The notes: generated by a model from the sequence alone, not told the origin. Numbered from the stretch's first letter, positions 51,095-61,226 are shown. The stretch: 64,000 bases of DNA from Chitinophagaceae bacterium (GCA_039811165.1 JBDHYC010000012.1:19090-83089), one strand, 5' to 3'. Numbers and translations are program-made.

Positions 51095-51129
51095 AAACCG
51101 CCCTGAAGATTGAGGCGGTTTTGTTTTTT
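51095..51129 (+). terminator. Intrinsic terminator closing the 47.2-51.1 kb gene string
   Basis: The stem is AAACCGCC(51095-51102)/GGCGGTTT(51114-51121), followed by TGTTTTTT. Confidence 0.8.
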
Positions 51130-51179
51130 CAGGAAACCTTTCTTGAAAAATCATTTTTGTCTTAACGATTATTTTATTT

Positions 51180-51552
51180 TCTAAATATTTCTTAAGTGAT
51201 ATACCTGTTAGACAGGTCCGGCCTTCGGCAAAATTTTATTTGGCAAAAATCCTTGTTCGTTGTTTTGGGGAACGTCTCCAACCCTTTATAAGTGAGGTCC
51301 CATTTTGTTGTTGCTGCTTCTTCAAATAATTCAAATGTGATAAATGAGATGCCTTCATACCCTTCATAAGGCCAACTGTACCGAAGATTTTTTATTTTGT
51401 ATCGCATAGGTGACCTTGCAGCAATGCAAAAACGTTTCACCAGTTTTCCTTTTACCATAAAATTGGAACTCATATCCGGGTTCCGGTTTAAATTTCCCCG
51501 GCAATTTCTTTACAGGGTCACAGGCTAACCCGCAGTGTCTTAGAGCAGGCAT
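51180..51552 (-). pseudogene. SRPBCC/AHSA1-domain gene with at least two frame disruptions
   Basis: Three frames carry consecutive family-like pieces: ...PGKFKPEPGYEFQFYGKRKTGETFLHCCKVT, ...YKIKNLRYSWPYEGYEGISFITFELFEEAATTKWDLTYKGLE, and (my translation) NFAEGRTCLTGISLKKYLE. Confidence 0.6.
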
Positions 51553-51718
51553 TGTGAGAGACGTAAGATAAGATCTCCTTATAAGTGGTGTTGCTATATT
51601 TTACAGAAGAACAAAAGACATTTTATTCAAACAGCAACAATGACGTAGAATTAATATAAATGGTTGAAGCTTGTCTTTTAGAGCAAGCTTTTTCTTTTTA
51701 AAACCGGGAAAAATAATT

Positions 51719-52987
51719 TTAAAACGATTTACAAACTACACCATCTTTCATCACAAGTTTGACTTTCCTTATATTTTTTATATCTGCCGAGGGGTCATTA
51801 TCCACTGCAATAACATCAGCAAGCAGCCCTTTTTTTATTCTTCCGATTTTATTTCCATATCCAAATACATCAGCATTTATGGATGTTGCCGACCGTAAAA
51901 CGTCAATAGGTTTCATACCATATTCTACCATCATTTCCATTTCTCTTGCATTTTCACCATGAGAGAAAACACCCACATCGCCACCCATGCAAATTGTAAC
52001 TCCTGCAGCTAATGCCATTTGAAAACTTTTTCTTTTATTAACTATATTTTCAGGTTCTGGGTCAATACCTTTTTTCCAACCCCGGTATTGTAATATAGCA
52101 TCCCCTGCTGCAAGAGTGGGACATAAGGCTACTCCTTTTTCTTTCATCATTTTAAAAACTTCTTCAGTGCCGCCATCTCCGTGTTCGATGGAATGAACGC
52201 CAGCCATTATTGCTCTTTTCATTCCTTCAGCAGTTCCGGAATGAACCGTGACAAATCTACCGCTACTGGAAGCAATTTTTACAGCCACAGCAATTTCTTC
52301 TGTAGTAAAAGTTGGCTCGGATTCTCCGTTTACTCCCCAGCGATAGTCTGCATAAATTTTTATAACATCAGCTCCTTTGCCAATTTCAGTTCTAACTTCA
52401 TCAGCCATTTCATCAATATTACTTACTTCAGCAGCTCCTTGTGGAAGTACTACATCGGCAGATGGAGATTTTGGGCCATAAGTTCCTTTTGCAACAATGG
52501 CTCGTGTAGCACAGATCATTCTTGGCCCGGGTATAACTCCTTTTTCAATTGCTCTTTTCAAACCTACATCATCATACAGGGCGCCTTCTGTTCCCAGGTC
52601 TCTTACGGTTGTAAAGCCTGCCATCAACGTGGAATCAGCATGAGTTACAGCTCTTGCAGTCCGTTCTGCCCTTGATTCTTTTAATACCTGGTCGTCCCAG
52701 CTTGTTTCATTATAGGGATGAAGAAATAAATGCGAATGACCTTCAATTAAGCCCGGGAGCAATGTCATTCCTTTCAGCTCTATAATTTGTGAACCGGGAG
52801 GAAGTTTGAAGTTCATTGGGCCGGCTGCTTCAATGATATTGTTTTTTACCAATACCACCCAGCCTGTTTGCATTTGCTCACCATCAAAAACTTTTTCGGG
52901 TTTCAGCAAAATGTATTTGTCAGGTTTTTGAGCTTCACAAAGAAATAACAGGAAAAGGGAAATTAGCAAGAGTAAATATTTTTTCAT
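51719..52987 (-). CDS. Secreted metal-dependent amidohydrolase family protein (distant paralogue of 1478..2755)
   Basis: The likely start is the ATG at 52987 (MKKYLLLLISLF). The GHSHL metal motif is present, and length and architecture match the other amidohydrolase. Confidence 0.8.
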   Translation of the reverse strand: MKKYLLLLISLFLLFLCEAQKPDKYILLKPEKVFDGEQMQTGWVVLVKNNIIEAAGPMNFKLPPGSQIIELKGMTLLPGLIEGHSHLFLHPYNETSWDDQVLKESRAERTARAVTHADSTLMAGFTTVRDLGTEGALYDDVGLKRAIEKGVIPGPRMICATRAIVAKGTYGPKSPSADVVLPQGAAEVSNIDEMADEVRTEIGKGADVIKIYADYRWGVNGESEPTFTTEEIAVAVKIASSSGRFVTVHSGTAEGMKRAIMAGVHSIEHGDGGTEEVFKMMKEKGVALCPTLAAGDAILQYRGWKKGIDPEPENIVNKRKSFQMALAAGVTICMGGDVGVFSHGENAREMEMMVEYGMKPIDVLRSATSINADVFGYGNKIGRIKKGLLADVIAVDNDPSADIKNIRKVKLVMKDGVVCKSF

Positions 52988-53255
52988 ATACAATAATTTT
53001 TTATGAATAATAACATTGTATCCGGGTTTTAATAAGACACCCCGCTGTCTCTATGTAATCAAAAATTACATTGGATTTATTAAATTAAGGATGGACTGAT
53101 CTTTCTTCATTATTAGCTCATACTCAATTTCGGAGAATCGCAATGTTAAATTCCTGCTTCAAAGCCGGGTGATTGAATACTTCAACTTCATTTTTCATTC
53201 CTGTTACTGAAAGAAGACTTCTGGCGGATAAAATTTAATTTTTTGGCAGCCCTGT

Positions 53256-54032
53256 TTAATTTAATGCCTTACTAAAAGATCTGAAATATTGTTCAGTGAA
53301 AATGGGGTTGAGTTTTCCGTAAAAATTTATCAGTAATCTTACTTTATTTCCAACCCTGGGATACTTATCTGTAATTTTCCAAAAGTCAGGATAGGGTCTA
53401 AAGAGATTTTGTGCTAACGTGTTAATGTCATTTTCCAGGCTTGACATAGCGTACTGAGTCAACATCCCCTTTTCAGCCAGGCGGGCATTCAACCCCTGCG
53501 AAGATTCGTTATTTTTAATTGCACCGACACCACTTGCCGGATCGTTGTAATTAAATCCCGGCTCATTCTGTTTCTTCCATGAAAGAGTATCAATCAGAGA
53601 AGGATAATCCCGGTAAAGAATACTTGAAAACTCATGATGAAAAGTTTGTTCAATATAAATATCCGTATAACCGTTGGATTCACCATTGCTGGAAATAAAA
53701 ACAGCATCAGTGGAATTAGTGCCACCGAAATTTACATTAAAAAAAGATATGCTTTTGACAAGATAAACAGCTTTAAGTGTTGCATTCAGCAGGGCCTCAG
53801 GATATTTCTTAAGGGATTTTATTATTATCAGTTCGGCTCTTTTTGATTCCAGGGAGTTAATGGGTTCGCCTTTAGCATTAATGGGATCTGTTCGCCATTT
53901 TTCCGGGAAATTTTTCGGGCTGTATTCAGAAATAACCGATACTCCATTTACAAGGGTAGTGTCAGAATTGGATGCGGTTAAAGATAAAGGGAAAAATAAG
54001 AAAAGGGTGAGGTAATATGTATTTTTCATCAA
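53256..54032 (-). CDS. Secreted hypothetical protein
   Basis: 258 aa with a signal peptide. It has an HHEFSS segment but no canonical HExxH, so I assign no function. Confidence 0.5.
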   Translation of the reverse strand: MMKNTYYLTLFLFFPLSLTASNSDTTLVNGVSVISEYSPKNFPEKWRTDPINAKGEPINSLESKRAELIIIKSLKKYPEALLNATLKAVYLVKSISFFNVNFGGTNSTDAVFISSNGESNGYTDIYIEQTFHHEFSSILYRDYPSLIDTLSWKKQNEPGFNYNDPASGVGAIKNNESSQGLNARLAEKGMLTQYAMSSLENDINTLAQNLFRPYPDFWKITDKYPRVGNKVRLLINFYGKLNPIFTEQYFRSFSKALN

Positions 54033-54087
54033 GTAAATTTAAAAAAATATTTGTGTATAAAATTTTAGCTGTTATATTTGTGTTTCA

Positions 54088-54147
54088 ATGAAGTTACAAA
54101 TTACAAATAAATCATGGTGGTGGCATACAACTCTCAGGGGTCTGTAA
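54088..54147 (+). promoter_or_regulatory. trpL: trp operon leader peptide MKLQITNKSWWWHTTLRGL with three consecutive Trp codons
   Basis: I read this directly. The ATG is at 54088, TGG TGG TGG at 54115-54123 and TAA at 54145-54147. It lies 77 nt upstream of trpE. Confidence 0.85.
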
Positions 54148-54179
54148 TGCTATTACTGTATTTATTTTATAATAGTGGG

Positions 54180-54205
54180 CCCCGGTTTCCGGGGTTTTTT
54201 ATTTT
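54180..54205 (+). terminator. trp attenuator terminator
   Basis: The stem is CCCCGG(54180-54185)/CCGGGG(54189-54194) followed by TTTTTTATTTT. The alternative pairing is GGGGTCTG(54137-54144) with TGGGCCCC(54076+100=54176-54183). Confidence 0.8.
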
Positions 54206-54223
54206 CTGAAAGAGTTAAAGAGT

Positions 54224-55642
54224 ATGAAAAAGATTGAACTAAAAACATATGTAAAAAAAATGCTGGCGGATGTATATACGCCTGTGGGAATTTACCTGCG
54301 GCTTCGTGACCGGTTCCGGGATACTATTCTCCTCGAAAGCACCGACCATCATGTCGCCGAAAACAGTTATTCTTTTATCTGCATTAATGCCATTGCCGGC
54401 ATTGAAATCCGGTCTACCCGTGATATTGAGTTCAAATTGCCCAATCATAAACCCGAAAAAGTTAAAATTGATGATGTGATGAAAATACCGGGTTCGCTGT
54501 GGGAATTTATGCAGCGATTTAATGTTCACACAGGAAATAAGAAAGAGGCAAAGTTTTCACAGGGCTTATTTGGTTATACGACCTATGATGCTGTGCAATT
54601 CTTTGACAGTATAAAATTGAAGTCATCTGTTACTGATTTGGTGCCGGCAATTCCGCTGATGCGATACAGGTTATATCAATATGTTATTGCTATAAATCAT
54701 TTCAAAGATGAGTTATTCCTTTGCGAAAACCAGGTACCGGGCCTGGAAAGCGAAGCAGTGGTAGTTGAATCACTTATAAAGGGAAAAGATGTGCCCGTTT
54801 ATCCTTTTTGTCCGAAAGGAGAAGAAATTTCCAACATGGATGATGAGGGTTATAAAGACAGCGTGAAAAAAGGAATTCAGAGCTGTCGCCGCGGCGATGT
54901 ATTCCAGATTGTTTTAAGCCGGAAATACGAACAAAGTTTTATGGGAGATGAATTTAATGTCTATCGGGCTTTACGGAATATTAATCCGTCACCATACCTG
55001 TTTTTCTTTGATTACGGTGATTATAAGCTGATGGGCTCTTCTCCGGAAGCACAATTGGTTATTCATAATTCTAAAGCAACTGTACATCCTATTGCCGGGA
55101 CTTATAAACGCACCGGGGATGACGAGGTGGATGAAAAGGAAACTGAGAAATTGTTGAATGATGCAAAGGAAAATGCAGAGCATGTGATGCTGGTGGATCT
55201 TGCCCGTAATGATTTGAGCCGGGTTTGTGAAGATGTTAAGGTGGAACATTACAGGCAGGTGCAATATTACTCACATGTGATCCATTTGGTTAGTGAAGTA
55301 ACCGGTAAAGTAAGAGAAGGAAGTAATCCGTTTGAATTGCTGGCTAAAACATTTCCTGCCGGTACGTTGAGCGGCGCACCTAAATTCAAGGCCATGGAAT
55401 TAATAGACGAATATGAGCCTACGGCAAGAAGTTATTATGGCGGCTGCATCGGCTTTATGGGTTTTGATGGCAGTTGTAATCATGCAATAATGATACGGAC
55501 ATTTATGAGTAAGAACAATACGTTGACTTATCAGGCAGGGGCCGGCATAGTTGTCGCCAGCAAACCCGAAAATGAGTTGGAAGAAGTAAAAAATAAACTG
55601 GGAGCGCTGAAGAAAGCAGTTGAAATGGCTGGACAGATTTGA
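54224..55642 (+). CDS. trpE: Anthranilate synthase component I
   Basis: 472 aa with LLES near the N-terminus (feedback site region) and the chorismate-binding C-terminal motifs GAPK and GGCIGF. Confidence 0.95.
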   Translation: MKKIELKTYVKKMLADVYTPVGIYLRLRDRFRDTILLESTDHHVAENSYSFICINAIAGIEIRSTRDIEFKLPNHKPEKVKIDDVMKIPGSLWEFMQRFNVHTGNKKEAKFSQGLFGYTTYDAVQFFDSIKLKSSVTDLVPAIPLMRYRLYQYVIAINHFKDELFLCENQVPGLESEAVVVESLIKGKDVPVYPFCPKGEEISNMDDEGYKDSVKKGIQSCRRGDVFQIVLSRKYEQSFMGDEFNVYRALRNINPSPYLFFFDYGDYKLMGSSPEAQLVIHNSKATVHPIAGTYKRTGDDEVDEKETEKLLNDAKENAEHVMLVDLARNDLSRVCEDVKVEHYRQVQYYSHVIHLVSEVTGKVREGSNPFELLAKTFPAGTLSGAPKFKAMELIDEYEPTARSYYGGCIGFMGFDGSCNHAIMIRTFMSKNNTLTYQAGAGIVVASKPENELEEVKNKLGALKKAVEMAGQI

Positions 55643-55737
55643 GCAATAAATATTGTGATTTAAGATTATTGAATGGTTGAATAGTTTGATTGTTGATTTT
55701 TAGTTATAAAAAATATTAGAAAAAAAATAAAGAAGGC

Positions 55738-56319
55738 ATGAAGATTCTTGTGTTTGACAACTATGATTCTTTTACCTACAACCTGGTGCATTTGGTAGAA
55801 AAAATTTTGCATCAGAAAGTAGCTGTTTTCCGGAATGATCAGATTCCATTGGAGAACGTCAAGGAGTATGATAAGATTATTTTATCTCCCGGTCCGGGAA
55901 TTCCCGAAGAGGCAGGACTGTTATTACCGCTGATAATGGAATATGCAGCTACCAAATCAATTCTTGGTGTTTGTTTAGGACAGCAGGCAATCGGTGAAGC
56001 ATTTGGCGGTAAACTGGAAAATCTGAGTACAGTATATCATGGAGTGGCTACAGCAATAAAAATAAAGAAGGAAAAATTAAGAAAGGAATCTCACTTGTTT
56101 GATGGGATGCCTTCTGAATTTGAAGCCGGCCGATATCATAGCTGGATAGTGAGTAAAGAAAATTTTCCGGATGAATTGGAAATAACTGCCGAAGATGATA
56201 ATGGATACATCATGGGTTTACAACATAAGAAATATGATGTACAGGGAGTGCAGTTTCATCCGGAGAGTGTTTTGACACCGATGGGGGAGATGATTATGAA
56301 AAACTGGCTCAACAATTAA
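55738..56319 (+). CDS. trpG: Anthranilate synthase component II (glutamine amidotransferase)
   Basis: 193 aa starting ILVFDNYDSFTYNL, with catalytic GVCLGQQ and QFHPES. Confidence 0.93.
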   Translation: MKILVFDNYDSFTYNLVHLVEKILHQKVAVFRNDQIPLENVKEYDKIILSPGPGIPEEAGLLLPLIMEYAATKSILGVCLGQQAIGEAFGGKLENLSTVYHGVATAIKIKKEKLRKESHLFDGMPSEFEAGRYHSWIVSKENFPDELEITAEDDNGYIMGLQHKKYDVQGVQFHPESVLTPMGEMIMKNWLNN

Positions 56320-56350
56320 TTATCCGATTTGAAAACTCAAAAAAAGCATA

Positions 56351-57343
56351 ATGAAAAAAATTCTTCAATATTTATTCGAACACAAAACACTTAGCCGTGA
56401 AATGGCAAAAGAAGTGTTGGTAAATATCGGGAAAGGAATGTATAATGAACATGAAGTGACAGCATTCATGACCATCTATCTGATGCGAAGCATTACAATT
56501 GAAGAATTACAGGGTTTCCGGGATGCATTATTGGAATTGTGTGTGCCGGTGGATTTGAATGGTTGCGAAGTAATTGATATTGTCGGTACCGGTGGGGATG
56601 GAAAAAATACTTTTAATATCTCAACACTCAGTTGTTTTATTGTAGCTGGTACCGGGCAAAAGGTAGCGAAGCATGGAAACTATGGCGCTTCGTCCATCAG
56701 TGGTGCCAGCAACGTAATGGAACAATTGGGGTATAAATTCAAAAATCAAAATGATAAATTAAAAAAGGAAATAGAGGCAGCGAATATTTGTTTCTTGCAT
56801 GCGCCCTTGTTTCATCCTGCATTAAAAACTGTGGGACCTATTCGTAAAAACCTGGGTATGCGAACCTTTTTCAATATGCTGGGGCCTATGGTGAATCCGG
56901 CAAGCCCGAAGTTTCAATTGGTGGGTGTGTTCAGCCTGGAGATGGCAAGGATTTATAATTACTTACTACAGCAATCCGATACTGCATTTACAATAATTCA
57001 TAGTTTGGATGGTTATGATGAAATTTCACTAACAAATGATACCAAGGTCATCACCAATAAAGGGGAGAGTGTTTTAACAGCAGAACAATTAGGGAAACGA
57101 ATGGTAACTGCTTCCGACATCAGTGGTGGCGCCTCTGTGGAAGAAGCTGCAAAAATATTTATGAATATTTTAAAAGGTGAAGGAACCTGGGCGCAGAATG
57201 CGGTGGTGTTAGCGAATGCAGCTATGGCATTGAACAGTGTGGGACATTATAAAAATTATGATGAAGCGTACAATGCTGCCGTGGAAAGCCTGGAAAGCGG
57301 CAAAGCAAAAATGAGTTTGGATAAATTAATATCCTTGCAGTAA
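56351..57343 (+). CDS. trpD: Anthranilate phosphoribosyltransferase
   Basis: 330 aa with DIVGTGGDG..TFNIST and KHGN motifs. Confidence 0.95.
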   Translation: MKKILQYLFEHKTLSREMAKEVLVNIGKGMYNEHEVTAFMTIYLMRSITIEELQGFRDALLELCVPVDLNGCEVIDIVGTGGDGKNTFNISTLSCFIVAGTGQKVAKHGNYGASSISGASNVMEQLGYKFKNQNDKLKKEIEAANICFLHAPLFHPALKTVGPIRKNLGMRTFFNMLGPMVNPASPKFQLVGVFSLEMARIYNYLLQQSDTAFTIIHSLDGYDEISLTNDTKVITNKGESVLTAEQLGKRMVTASDISGGASVEEAAKIFMNILKGEGTWAQNAVVLANAAMALNSVGHYKNYDEAYNAAVESLESGKAKMSLDKLISLQ

Positions 57344-57358
57344 AAATTGAATTGGAAA

Positions 57359-58141
57359 ATGAACATCCTCGATAAAATAATTGACGCTAAAAGGAAATCT
57401 GTAAAACAGCAAAAGAGTGATGCAAGCATTCATGAGTTGATGAACTCTGTTTATTTCAAAAGAAATTCGCTTTCATTGGTAGAAAGATTAAATAGCGGAG
57501 TAGCGAATGGTATCATTGCGGAATTCAAAAGGAAGTCTCCGTCAAAAGGGATTATTAATAATCAATCAGGGGTGGTTGATGTGGTTAGCAGTTATGAAAA
57601 GTATGGTGCTTCAGGTATCTCTGTGTTAACGGATGAAGAATTTTTTGGAGGAAGTAGTGAAGATTTGAAAGAGGCGAGAGAAGCAGTCTCTATCCCGATA
57701 CTGAGAAAAGATTTTATTATTGATGAATACCAGTTAATAGAAGCAAAGGCAATTGGTGCAGATGTGATTTTGCTGATTGCGGCTTGCTTGTCGCCGGGAG
57801 AAGTAAGAAGGCTTGCTGCTATTGCGAAGAATCTTGGATTGGAAATTTTACTCGAACTTCATGATGAGAAAGAATTAGACCATATTTGTGATGAGACAAA
57901 AATTATTGGAATTAATAACAGGAATTTAAAGACTTTTGAAGTGGATATTGAAAAAAGTTTGAAAATGGCTGAAAAAATACCGGGGGATAAAATAAAAATT
58001 GCTGAAAGTGGTATTAACTCGGCTGAAAATATCAGGTTATTTAAAGAAAACGGGTTTAAAGGCTTTTTAATCGGAGAAAATTTTATGAAAGAAGCTAATC
58101 CCGGCAAAGCATTTGAAAAATTTGTAAATAAATTAAAATAA
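57359..58141 (+). CDS. trpC: Indole-3-glycerol phosphate synthase
   Basis: The likely start is the ATG at 57359 (MNILDKII). Motifs IAEFKRKSPSKG, LRKDFI and NNRNL are present. Confidence 0.94.
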   Translation: MNILDKIIDAKRKSVKQQKSDASIHELMNSVYFKRNSLSLVERLNSGVANGIIAEFKRKSPSKGIINNQSGVVDVVSSYEKYGASGISVLTDEEFFGGSSEDLKEAREAVSIPILRKDFIIDEYQLIEAKAIGADVILLIAACLSPGEVRRLAAIAKNLGLEILLELHDEKELDHICDETKIIGINNRNLKTFEVDIEKSLKMAEKIPGDKIKIAESGINSAENIRLFKENGFKGFLIGENFMKEANPGKAFEKFVNKLK

Positions 58142-58174
58142 ATTCTCCCAAAAGGGGAGCTAAGGAGGAACTTT

Positions 58175-58804
58175 ATGAATATTAAGGTATGCGGTATTAC
58201 CACGATGAAACAGTTACAGCAGTTAGACGGATTGGAAATTGATTTTGTCGGCTTGAATTTTTACAAAGGTTCAGTACGATATATTGGCGATAAAATAACG
58301 GGTAAAGAGATTCAAAACGCAGATTTTGATATTAAGAAAGTGGGAGTATTTGTGAATACCGGTTATGATGAAATCATGAGAACAGTGGAGGAATATAGTT
58401 TGGATATTGTTCAGTTGCATGGCAATGAGAAGCCGGATTTGTGCAGTGCATTGTCAGAGGATATTGAAGTGATCAAAGTATTCCGTATTGATGCCACTAC
58501 TAAAAATGTTGATGAATTGCTGAAAGATTTTGACGATGTGTGTGATTATTATCTTTTTGATGCTGGCGGACAAAAAGAGACATTGGGTGGATCCGGAGTG
58601 AAATTTGATTGGGACCTTTTAGTGAAGGCAAAAATCGAAAAACCTTTTTTCCTCAGTGGAGGTATCGGTCCGGATGATACAGCAAAGATCAAAGCTTTTA
58701 AACATCCAGATTTTTTTGCAATAGATATTAACAGCAAATTTGAAACTGCTCCCGGTGTGAAGGATATGGGGAAGATTTTAAAGTTTGTAAAAGACTTACG
58801 ATAA
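58175..58804 (+). CDS. trpF: Phosphoribosylanthranilate isomerase
   Basis: 209 aa starting MNIKVCGIT, with QLHG and LSGGI motifs. Confidence 0.92.
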   Translation: MNIKVCGITTMKQLQQLDGLEIDFVGLNFYKGSVRYIGDKITGKEIQNADFDIKKVGVFVNTGYDEIMRTVEEYSLDIVQLHGNEKPDLCSALSEDIEVIKVFRIDATTKNVDELLKDFDDVCDYYLFDAGGQKETLGGSGVKFDWDLLVKAKIEKPFFLSGGIGPDDTAKIKAFKHPDFFAIDINSKFETAPGVKDMGKILKFVKDLR

Positions 58805-58874
58805 ACGGCCCGAATCCGGAGATTTTGCTAAGTTGAATTGAAACAGATGTGATTTTTCAAAAATATAATATCAC

Positions 58875-60092
58875 ATGATCAGTCGAAATATTTTGCTAAA
58901 TAAAGGAACTTATAAACAACCGAACATTTTTGGTTATTACGGAAATTTTGGCGGTGCCTACATTCCTGAAATGCTGCATAGAAATGTCGAAGAACTGAAG
59001 GAAAAGTATTTGGCGATAATCGGAGATGCGGATTTTCAAAAGGAATATCATGAACTGTTGAAAGATTATGCAGGACGGCCTACGCCATTATATTTTGCAA
59101 AACGATTAAGTGAACAGTATAAGACAAAAATATTTCTCAAAAGAGAAGACCTCTGCCATACCGGGGCTCATAAAATCAATAACACTATCGGACAAATTTT
59201 ATTGGCTCAACGATTAGGGAAAAAAAGAATAATTGCAGAGACGGGAGCAGGTCAACATGGCGTAGCCAGTGCAACGGTATGTGCTTTGAAGGGTATGCCT
59301 TGCATTGTTTACATGGGAGAAAAAGATATAGAACGCCAGGCTCCGAACGTGGCAAGAATGAAAATGCTTGGAGCTACGGTGATACCGGCTACCAGTGGCA
59401 GCAAAACATTGAAAGACGCAACTAATGAAGCTATCCGTGATTGGATCAATCATCCTGAGGATACGCATTATATAATCGGCAGCGTTGTCGGGCCTCATCC
59501 TTATCCGGATATAGTGGCACGATTTCAAAGTGTGATCAGCGAAGAGATGCGTTGGCAGTTAAAAGAAAAAACAGGAAGTGAATTGCCCACGCATGTTATT
59601 GCCTGCGTAGGTGGTGGAAGTAATGCGGCAGGAGCATTCTACCATTTTCTTGATGAAGTGTCGGTTCAGTTATTTGCGGTGGAAGCAGCAGGCATGGGAG
59701 TAAAGAGTGGTCACAGCGCTGCGACTACACAATTAGGCAAACCGGGAATTTTACACGGCAGTAAAAGCCTTGTGATGCAAACGGAAGATGGACAGGTTGT
59801 CGAACCACATAGTATTTCTGCAGGCCTGGATTATCCCGGCATTGGACCGATGCATGCCTATTTGTTTGAAACCGGCAGGGCTACATTTTTAAATGCTACC
59901 GATGATGAAGCAATGAATGCTGCATTTGAATTGGCAAAATCAGAAGGGATCATTCCGGCGTTGGAAAGTGCTCATGCTATTGCAGCATTAAAGCAATTGC
60001 GATTTAACAGAAATGATGTGGTGACTATTTGTCTTAGCGGCAGGGGAGATAAGGATATGAATACATACATGAAATCAATGAGCAATGATTAA
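58875..60092 (+). CDS. trpB: Tryptophan synthase beta chain
   Basis: 405 aa with the PLP-lysine motif HTGAHKINN and GGGSNA. Confidence 0.96.
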   Translation: MISRNILLNKGTYKQPNIFGYYGNFGGAYIPEMLHRNVEELKEKYLAIIGDADFQKEYHELLKDYAGRPTPLYFAKRLSEQYKTKIFLKREDLCHTGAHKINNTIGQILLAQRLGKKRIIAETGAGQHGVASATVCALKGMPCIVYMGEKDIERQAPNVARMKMLGATVIPATSGSKTLKDATNEAIRDWINHPEDTHYIIGSVVGPHPYPDIVARFQSVISEEMRWQLKEKTGSELPTHVIACVGGGSNAAGAFYHFLDEVSVQLFAVEAAGMGVKSGHSAATTQLGKPGILHGSKSLVMQTEDGQVVEPHSISAGLDYPGIGPMHAYLFETGRATFLNATDDEAMNAAFELAKSEGIIPALESAHAIAALKQLRFNRNDVVTICLSGRGDKDMNTYMKSMSND

Positions 60093-60453
60093 GATAATGT
60101 TTTGCTTATTGTTGATTTTAATTTTAGCTTCCTGCTCGAACCCGCCGTACCTGCATCATAAATTGCAGTTTGAGAGAGTTGCCGACAATTGCATTTCTGT
60201 TTCCCAAAAATTTGAAATGAATTCCAATATCAACGGTGAACGATATGAATTCAATAAATGCCTGCCGGAAAACTTTTCAAAAGATAATGTGGAGTTTAGC
60301 CGGCAGGGAGATACAGTGGTAGTGAAATTTGAGAAAAATGTAAATGCGAAAAAATCGGAATTTCATGTCATAATTGATATTGATACCTACCCGAGGTATC
60401 ATTTTCTGACTATTGATGGTGATACATTCATAATTGTTCCAACAGGAGGATAA
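60085..60453 (+). CDS. Small lipoprotein of unknown function embedded between trpB and trpA
   Basis: 122 aa with lipobox LILASCSNP. Its start overlaps the trpB stop by 8 nt, and trpA starts 2 nt after its stop. Confidence 0.65.
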   Translation: MIKIMFCLLLILILASCSNPPYLHHKLQFERVADNCISVSQKFEMNSNINGERYEFNKCLPENFSKDNVEFSRQGDTVVVKFEKNVNAKKSEFHVIIDIDTYPRYHFLTIDGDTFIIVPTGG

Positions 60454-60455
60454 AC

Positions 60456-61226
60456 ATGAGCAGGATAACAGAATTGTTTGCTAGAAAATCACAGAACGTT
60501 CTCAATGTGTATTGCACAGCAGGATTTCCGCATTTGAATTCCACCCTGGAAGTGATGAAAGCATTGCAGGAAAGTGGTGCTGATATGATTGAATTAGGAA
60601 TTCCTTACAGCGATCCGCTGGCAGACGGTCCGGTGATTCAGCAGAGCGGAAGTATTGCTTTAAAGAATGGGATGACAATAAAAAGACTTTTTGAACAATT
60701 GAAAGATTTCAGAAAAGAAATTTCTCTTCCTGTTTTGTTAATGGGATATATGAATCCCGTACTTCAATATGGATTTGAGAAATTTTGTGCTGATGCGTCA
60801 GCAGTCGGAATTGATGGATTGATTTTCCCCGATCTCCCCGAATTTGAATATGAAAACGAATATGGAGCGATTATAAAAAAATACGGATTGGATTTTGTTT
60901 TCCTTGTAACACCTGAAACTTCAACTGAGCGTATTAAAAAATTGGATGAACTCAGCACCGGGTTTTTATATGCCGTGTCATCATCATCTACAACGGGTAG
61001 TGAAAAAAACATGAATAATGTGGAGCAATACCTGCAAAAACTCCAATCCCTTCAACTTAAAAACCCAATCTTAGTAGGCTTTGGTATAAAAGACAAGCCT
61101 ACATTCGAAGCTGCCTGCAGGTATGCAAACGGTGCCATCATTGGCAGCGCCTATATTAAAACATTGGAAAATTGCAGTAATATTTCGATATCCACCCGGC
61201 ATTTTCTAACATCCCTTTTACAATGA
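60456..61226 (+). CDS. trpA: Tryptophan synthase alpha chain
   Basis: 256 aa with ELGIPYSDPLADGPVIQ and the C-terminal GFGI motif. Confidence 0.95.
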   Translation: MSRITELFARKSQNVLNVYCTAGFPHLNSTLEVMKALQESGADMIELGIPYSDPLADGPVIQQSGSIALKNGMTIKRLFEQLKDFRKEISLPVLLMGYMNPVLQYGFEKFCADASAVGIDGLIFPDLPEFEYENEYGAIIKKYGLDFVFLVTPETSTERIKKLDELSTGFLYAVSSSSTTGSEKNMNNVEQYLQKLQSLQLKNPILVGFGIKDKPTFEAACRYANGAIIGSAYIKTLENCSNISISTRHFLTSLLQ

